Shown: positions 59,688-64,000 of the stretch, piece by piece | How positions within the stretch are numbered: the first letter of the stretch is position 1 | Layout: every line of letters starts with the position of its first letter | NCBI GenBank assembly: GCA_963714095.1 | Contig: OY970230.1 | Span: forward strand, 468,084-532,083 | Source of the DNA: Candidatus Gottesmanbacteria bacterium | GTDB taxonomy: Bacteria; Patescibacteriota; Microgenomatia; UBA10105; UBA927 | Direction of reading: 5' to 3' | Length of the DNA: 64,000 nucleotides | The notes under the pieces: model-generated | The model's input: the letters and a program-made list of their open reading frames with translations, nothing else | Database searches by the model: none | Told to the model about the DNA's origin: nothing | Translations under genes and position numbers: made by a program

Positions 59688-60878
59688 ATGGCCGAATCTT
59701 CAAAAAAGAATATTTCTTCCAACGTTTTTTTTATCGGTTTATTAAGTTTTTTCGGCGGTATAAGCCAGGACATGTTTGTTCCCGTCCTGCCCTTATACCT
59801 TGCCAACATCCTGCATTTTGACAAAACATTTATCGGGCTCACGGAAGGACTGGTTACCAGTAGCGCCAGCGTTTTCCGGATGGTTGCCGGCTATCTGTCG
59901 GATAAACTCAAGAAAAATAAACCCATTGTATTCGCCGGCTATTTCCTCTCGTTTGTAAGCCGGCCCTTACTCGCACTGACTACATCTGGCGTTGGAGTTG
60001 CAGGACTACGGTTTTTAGACGGCGTCGGTAAGGGCGTCAAAGATTCACCCAAAGATGCCCTCATTGCCGAGTCTACTCAGGTTACCTCCCGCGGTAAAGG
60101 ATTCGGTATCGTTCGCGCCCTGGACACGTTCGGATCAGTTGCCGGACCACTTCTTCTATTTGCACTTCTCTTTGTATTAAAAAATAATACGCTGAAATAC
60201 CATTACATCTTTTTTATCACTGCCATTCCCCTCGTCTTTACGTTGAGCATTTTATCGTTCTTTGTCAAAGAGGCACCCGTCAAAAAACCGGAATCGTTCC
60301 TTGCCAAACATCCACTCCCTAAACGGTATTTTGTATTTTTAGGTATTGTTCTTTTGTTTTCCATCGGCAACTCATCGGATACGTTCTTAATTTTGCGGTC
60401 ACAAAATCTTGGTGTGAGCCTCCTTGGCATTCCCCTGGTCTATGCACTGTTTAATGCCGTCTATGCAAGTGCATCCATACCTCTCGGAAGTTTGTCGGAT
60501 AAAATCGGCCGGGAAAAAGTCATTCTTATGGGATGGATAACGTATGCACTGTCGTATCTTGGGTTCGCCATGGCCAATAAAAGTTATCAGGCGTGGCTCC
60601 TGTTTGCCTTATACGGCATTTACTATGCAACAACGGAGGGAGTCGTGAAAGCCTATATCGCCGACCAAGTTGCCTCAGGCCACCGCGGCAAAGCATACGG
60701 TCTGTATAATTCATTGACCGGCATTATTACACTGCCGGCCAGTTTTATCGCGGGTCTCCTGTGGGATAAATTCTCCCCCGCCGCCCCCTTCTTTTTCGCC
60801 GCCGCAATTGCAATACTGGCGTCAGTTCTTCTTCTCATCTACACCCATGTGATCAAATCCGCGCCGCCACAACAATAA
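59688..60878 (+). CDS. MFS transporter
   Basis: About 12 TM; GYLSDK, RFLDGVGKG, RGKGFG, GSLSDKIGR. Confidence 0.92.
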   Translation: MAESSKKNISSNVFFIGLLSFFGGISQDMFVPVLPLYLANILHFDKTFIGLTEGLVTSSASVFRMVAGYLSDKLKKNKPIVFAGYFLSFVSRPLLALTTSGVGVAGLRFLDGVGKGVKDSPKDALIAESTQVTSRGKGFGIVRALDTFGSVAGPLLLFALLFVLKNNTLKYHYIFFITAIPLVFTLSILSFFVKEAPVKKPESFLAKHPLPKRYFVFLGIVLLFSIGNSSDTFLILRSQNLGVSLLGIPLVYALFNAVYASASIPLGSLSDKIGREKVILMGWITYALSYLGFAMANKSYQAWLLFALYGIYYATTEGVVKAYIADQVASGHRGKAYGLYNSLTGIITLPASFIAGLLWDKFSPAAPFFFAAAIAILASVLLLIYTHVIKSAPPQQ

Positions 60879-60882
60879 TATA

Positions 60883-61488
60883 TTATTTCTTCGCTGGCTG
60901 GCCGTTGAGGGAGAAGTAACCCAGTGCTTGGAGGACGAGGTCTAATGTTTCCAGTGGACCGTGGGAGTAGGTGTTAATGACCAAGTCATAATATTTCGGG
61001 TCCCAGAAATCAGAGACACCGTACATCCGTTTCCATTTGGAAATATTTGCCTTTTCGCGATCACGCAAATGCTTTTTGGCGTCACCAACAGAAATCGAAT
61101 CTCGGTTGACCACACGGTCAATCCTAAGAGCATCATCACACATTAAGAGAACCTTAAGGACGTGTTTTAATCCCCGCATATTCCATCCCGCAATCCAAGA
61201 CTCAACTGCCATATGTGTCTGTGGATTACTCAGTTTTTTGCGCATAGCGGCATCTATCTGATGGTCCACATCATCCCCATAATCGGTCGCGAGATGGTGT
61301 CTGGGATCTTTGGCATCATGTTTACCGGATTGAATGGCAAATTGTCTGGCCCAGGCTCCACCGGAAAATATTTCCCATCCAAGGGGTTGTACAATCGGTT
61401 TTAAATTGTTCAGAAGCGTGGAACGGCCAGCGCCAGGTCTTCCGGAAATCGCAATACTTGAGTATTTTAAATTTTTACCCTGATCCAT
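60883..61488 (-). CDS. cmk: Cytidylate kinase-like protein (archaeal-type CMP kinase family)
   Basis: IAISGRPGAGRST, FSGG, VES, R..R..RD, RMYG, YDLVINT. Confidence 0.7.
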   Translation of the reverse strand: MDQGKNLKYSSIAISGRPGAGRSTLLNNLKPIVQPLGWEIFSGGAWARQFAIQSGKHDAKDPRHHLATDYGDDVDHQIDAAMRKKLSNPQTHMAVESWIAGWNMRGLKHVLKVLLMCDDALRIDRVVNRDSISVGDAKKHLRDREKANISKWKRMYGVSDFWDPKYYDLVINTYSHGPLETLDLVLQALGYFSLNGQPAKK

Positions 61489-61544
61489 GTCCCTATTATA
61501 AATATATGTGGGTCCTTCGGCAACCTCAATCCCACATCAAGGCA

Positions 61545-61573
61545 TTGACAATCGTCAAACCGGAGCCCATAAT
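61545..61573 (+). promoter_or_regulatory. Sigma70 promoter, probably leaderless transcript
   Basis: TTGACA(61545-50)-17bp-CATAAT(61568-73), ATG 5 nt downstream. Confidence 0.7.
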
Positions 61574-61578
61574 TAACT

Positions 61579-62160
61579 ATGGCTATCCAATACCTCCCAA
61601 TCTCCTGGAATGACTATCACACAACCGCCCAAAAACTTGCCGCGGGCATCCTGGATCACGCCGAACCGATCGATCAGATTGTGGCAATTTCCCGCGGGGG
61701 GCTGACACTCGGACATCTCTTAACGGATTTTTTACGTGTTCCCATTTCGATTATTGCTATCCAAAGTTACACGGATATCCAGAAAAGCGGTGAGGCGGTT
61801 CTCACGGCTAAACTGCAAAACTCAATAAAACACAAACATATTCTTCTTGTTGATGACGTTGCGGATTCAGGAAAAAGCATGAGGCGTGCAACGAAATATT
61901 TAACACGGGCAGGGGCAAAAAAAATTACCACGGTCACGATGTTTTACAAACCCCATTCCGTGTACCGGCCGGATTTTTTCGCCCGGCAAACAACCAAATG
62001 GATTTTATTCCCCTACGAGCCTACGGAAATGATTCTTCTTATCTGCCGCCAGATGCACGAAAAAGGAAAATCGAAAGCGGAAATCCAAAATTTTCTTGAA
62101 TCATTAAACTATACGGACGATCAAATTGCGTTCGTCAGGCGACATTATTTAGAAAAATGA
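61579..62160 (+). CDS. Purine phosphoribosyltransferase (Gpt/Hpt-like)
   Basis: AISRGGL, ILLVDDVADSGKS, WILFPYE. Confidence 0.88.
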   Translation: MAIQYLPISWNDYHTTAQKLAAGILDHAEPIDQIVAISRGGLTLGHLLTDFLRVPISIIAIQSYTDIQKSGEAVLTAKLQNSIKHKHILLVDDVADSGKSMRRATKYLTRAGAKKITTVTMFYKPHSVYRPDFFARQTTKWILFPYEPTEMILLICRQMHEKGKSKAEIQNFLESLNYTDDQIAFVRRHYLEK

Positions 62161-62185
62161 CACACAATATAATTATATAAAACAC

Positions 62186-62218
62186 ATCCGCAGTTATTCT
62201 TATACTGCGGATTTTTTT
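62186..62218 (+). terminator. Intrinsic terminator-like hairpin
   Basis: ATCCGCAGT-9nt-ACTGCGGAT followed by a T run. Confidence 0.75.
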
Positions 62219-62235
62219 ATTTTAAGGAGGCATTT

Positions 62236-63141
62236 ATGTTAAAGGAAATGTTACATGAAACAGGAAAAACAATACTATTGGGAAATATTGAAATCTCTAT
62301 GAAAGATGGTATTCCCCTTGTATCCCGTCACGCAGTGTACCCGCCTGAATTAGATCTCTCCAATCATACGGTTCTAAATCCGGAAAATTCATTGAAACGA
62401 ATCGGTTCGTCTGAAATCCCGCCTTCCTCAAAACTACTCTTATCACGACTCATCGAAAAAGGAAGAGCATTAGATTGGAGAGATATGGGCATCGGGTATG
62501 CACTCGATTACTCAAGAATTCTTAACCGTCAACTCGATGTAGAAGTGTGTAATAGTCTTGCCACTGATCACACGCAACACCTCATTGACGAAGGGGTAAA
62601 TTGCATTCTCGCGCCTGATAGTTCTGGCGGCCCCATTGCTGCCTTTTACGGCATGAAATATTGGGAATTAACCAAAAAAAATCCGTTATTTGTAAGACTG
62701 CATAAAGGAACAAGTCTGACGATGGATCAACCGATCGGTGTGCAGCTTGCATCATATACCAGAATGGAGGGTTCAAAACCAATTCTAAGCACTATTTCCG
62801 CAGAAGTCGGTGACTTTCCACGTGATCGACCGCTTCTTGCAGTTCTGGCTGAGGATATGTTTGATTCAGGTGGTGTCACTGCTGCTGCACATCTTTTAAC
62901 TGAGCAACTGCGTGAATTCGGCGTCGATATTCGAATTGTGAGTGCAGTTGCTCCTTTTTCTAAACCATATGCCGGAAATGAAATCGTCATGGATCAATTG
63001 GGCATACATAATATTCATACCGCTGTATCAATTGAGGGTCTCATACCCATGACACATACGACACCCGGCATGGTAAAAGTTGCCGGGATACCTGAAATAC
63101 TTACCCTTGCCCGAACCGACCTAAACGGACGCGGTAATTAA
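62236..63141 (+). CDS. Divergent type I phosphoribosyltransferase (Xpt/Apt-like)
   Basis: ILAPDSSGGPIAA, LAEDMFDSGG PRPP loop; AAGGAGG RBS; purine gene context. Confidence 0.65.
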   Translation: MLKEMLHETGKTILLGNIEISMKDGIPLVSRHAVYPPELDLSNHTVLNPENSLKRIGSSEIPPSSKLLLSRLIEKGRALDWRDMGIGYALDYSRILNRQLDVEVCNSLATDHTQHLIDEGVNCILAPDSSGGPIAAFYGMKYWELTKKNPLFVRLHKGTSLTMDQPIGVQLASYTRMEGSKPILSTISAEVGDFPRDRPLLAVLAEDMFDSGGVTAAAHLLTEQLREFGVDIRIVSAVAPFSKPYAGNEIVMDQLGIHNIHTAVSIEGLIPMTHTTPGMVKVAGIPEILTLARTDLNGRGN

Positions 63142-63152
63142 ATTTTTACCAT

Positions 63153-64000
63153 ATGATTCTTATCGTTGATTTCGGGTCACAGACTACTCATCTTATTGGT
63201 AGGCGTCTGCGGCAACTCGGTGTCCGTATTGAATATACCTATCCGGAAGTGGCACTCGCTGCAGTTAAAAAATTCAACCCGTCCGGAATTATTTTTTCCG
63301 GCGGGCCGAATAATATTAGTCTCGATGCCTCCCTCTCAGTAGATATAAAAGTATTGCATTTCGGTATTCCAATCCTCGGAATTTGTTACGGATGGCAACT
63401 GATTGCATACCTCTTGCATGGAACCGTCAAACACACCAAAAAAGAATATGGTCCTGAAACCATTATGTTCGATAAACAAACCGGCATTTTTAGAGTACCC
63501 GAAAAAAAGTTTTCCGTGATTATGTCTCATGGCGATACGGTCACCAAACTACCCAAAGGATTCACTGCCGTAGGGCACACCAAACACGTCGTGTATGCCG
63601 CAGTCGTGAACGAAAAAATAAATATATTCGGCGTACAGTTTCATCCGGAGGCAGATCATACCCAATACGGTCAGGAACTTTTAAAAAATTTTGCGGTTAC
63701 CATATGTCATGAAATTCCCCACCCGCTTCGACTACATCCAAAAGATATTATTGTGGAAATTAAAAAGGTTGTCGGCAGTAAACGGGTCATCTGCGCAGTT
63801 TCGGGAGGTGTAGATTCCACAGTTGCCGCGTTCCTCATCGGTAAGGCAATCGGCAAAAACCTTATCCCGGTCTATGTAGACAGCGGCCTCATGCGGCCCG
63901 GCACTGATATTAAAGTAAAGAATATTTTCACGAAACTTATTCGCGCAGATCTGGTAATCGTTCACGCAGAGGACCGTTTTTTAACGGCATTAAAAGGTAT
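63153..64000 (+). CDS. guaA: GMP synthase, glutamine-hydrolysing (partial, runs off window end)
   Basis: Manual translation: MILIVDFGSQTTHLIGRRLR, SGGP, PILGICYGWQ, MSHGD, GVQFHPE, AVSGGVDSTV, VDSGLMR. Confidence 0.96.
   Translation, partial: MILIVDFGSQTTHLIGRRLRQLGVRIEYTYPEVALAAVKKFNPSGIIFSGGPNNISLDASLSVDIKVLHFGIPILGICYGWQLIAYLLHGTVKHTKKEYGPETIMFDKQTGIFRVPEKKFSVIMSHGDTVTKLPKGFTAVGHTKHVVYAAVVNEKINIFGVQFHPEADHTQYGQELLKNFAVTICHEIPHPLRLHPKDIIVEIKKVVGSKRVICAVSGGVDSTVAAFLIGKAIGKNLIPVYVDSGLMRPGTDIKVKNIFTKLIRADLVIVHAEDRFLTALKG

Overview
Gene-dense 64 kb chromosomal segment. Gene content and style (short intergenic regions, HrcA/CIRCE heat-shock control, FemAB and LCP cell-wall genes, type 1 Idi, VirD4-like ATPase, Pro/Thr-rich surface proteins) suggest a Patescibacteria/CPR genome, probably Microgenomates; this is an inference. 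Core genes: an atypical Lon-like ATPase (partial), pnp, rpsO, infB, nusA, hrcA-grpE-dnaK, dnaJ, murJ, rpsT, tpiA, pcrA, metG, tatD, groES-groEL, tsaD, idi, cmk and guaA (partial). No CRISPR array, prophage or IS element was seen. Main points of interest: (1) an operon preceded by NrdR boxes, nrdR-nrdJ-pduO-DUF4430-like-DUF6580-like, that looks like a self-contained cobalamin capture, import, activation and use module; (2) a surface-protein locus around pilN/pilO whose members share an N-terminal TM+RSRA-like motif and a C-terminal PxSG+TM tail, a candidate protein-sorting system; (3) a tRNA-Ile with a UAU anticodon and a C55 T-loop, ending 1 nt before the idi start codon; (4) many -10 boxes 5-9 nt upstream of ATG (leaderless architecture), including two overlapping bidirectional pairs; (5) a GroES with a four-cysteine roof loop and a Lon-like ATPase lacking the N-domain and the pore-loop aromatic. 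Family assignments come from motif recognition by eye; no database search was run.
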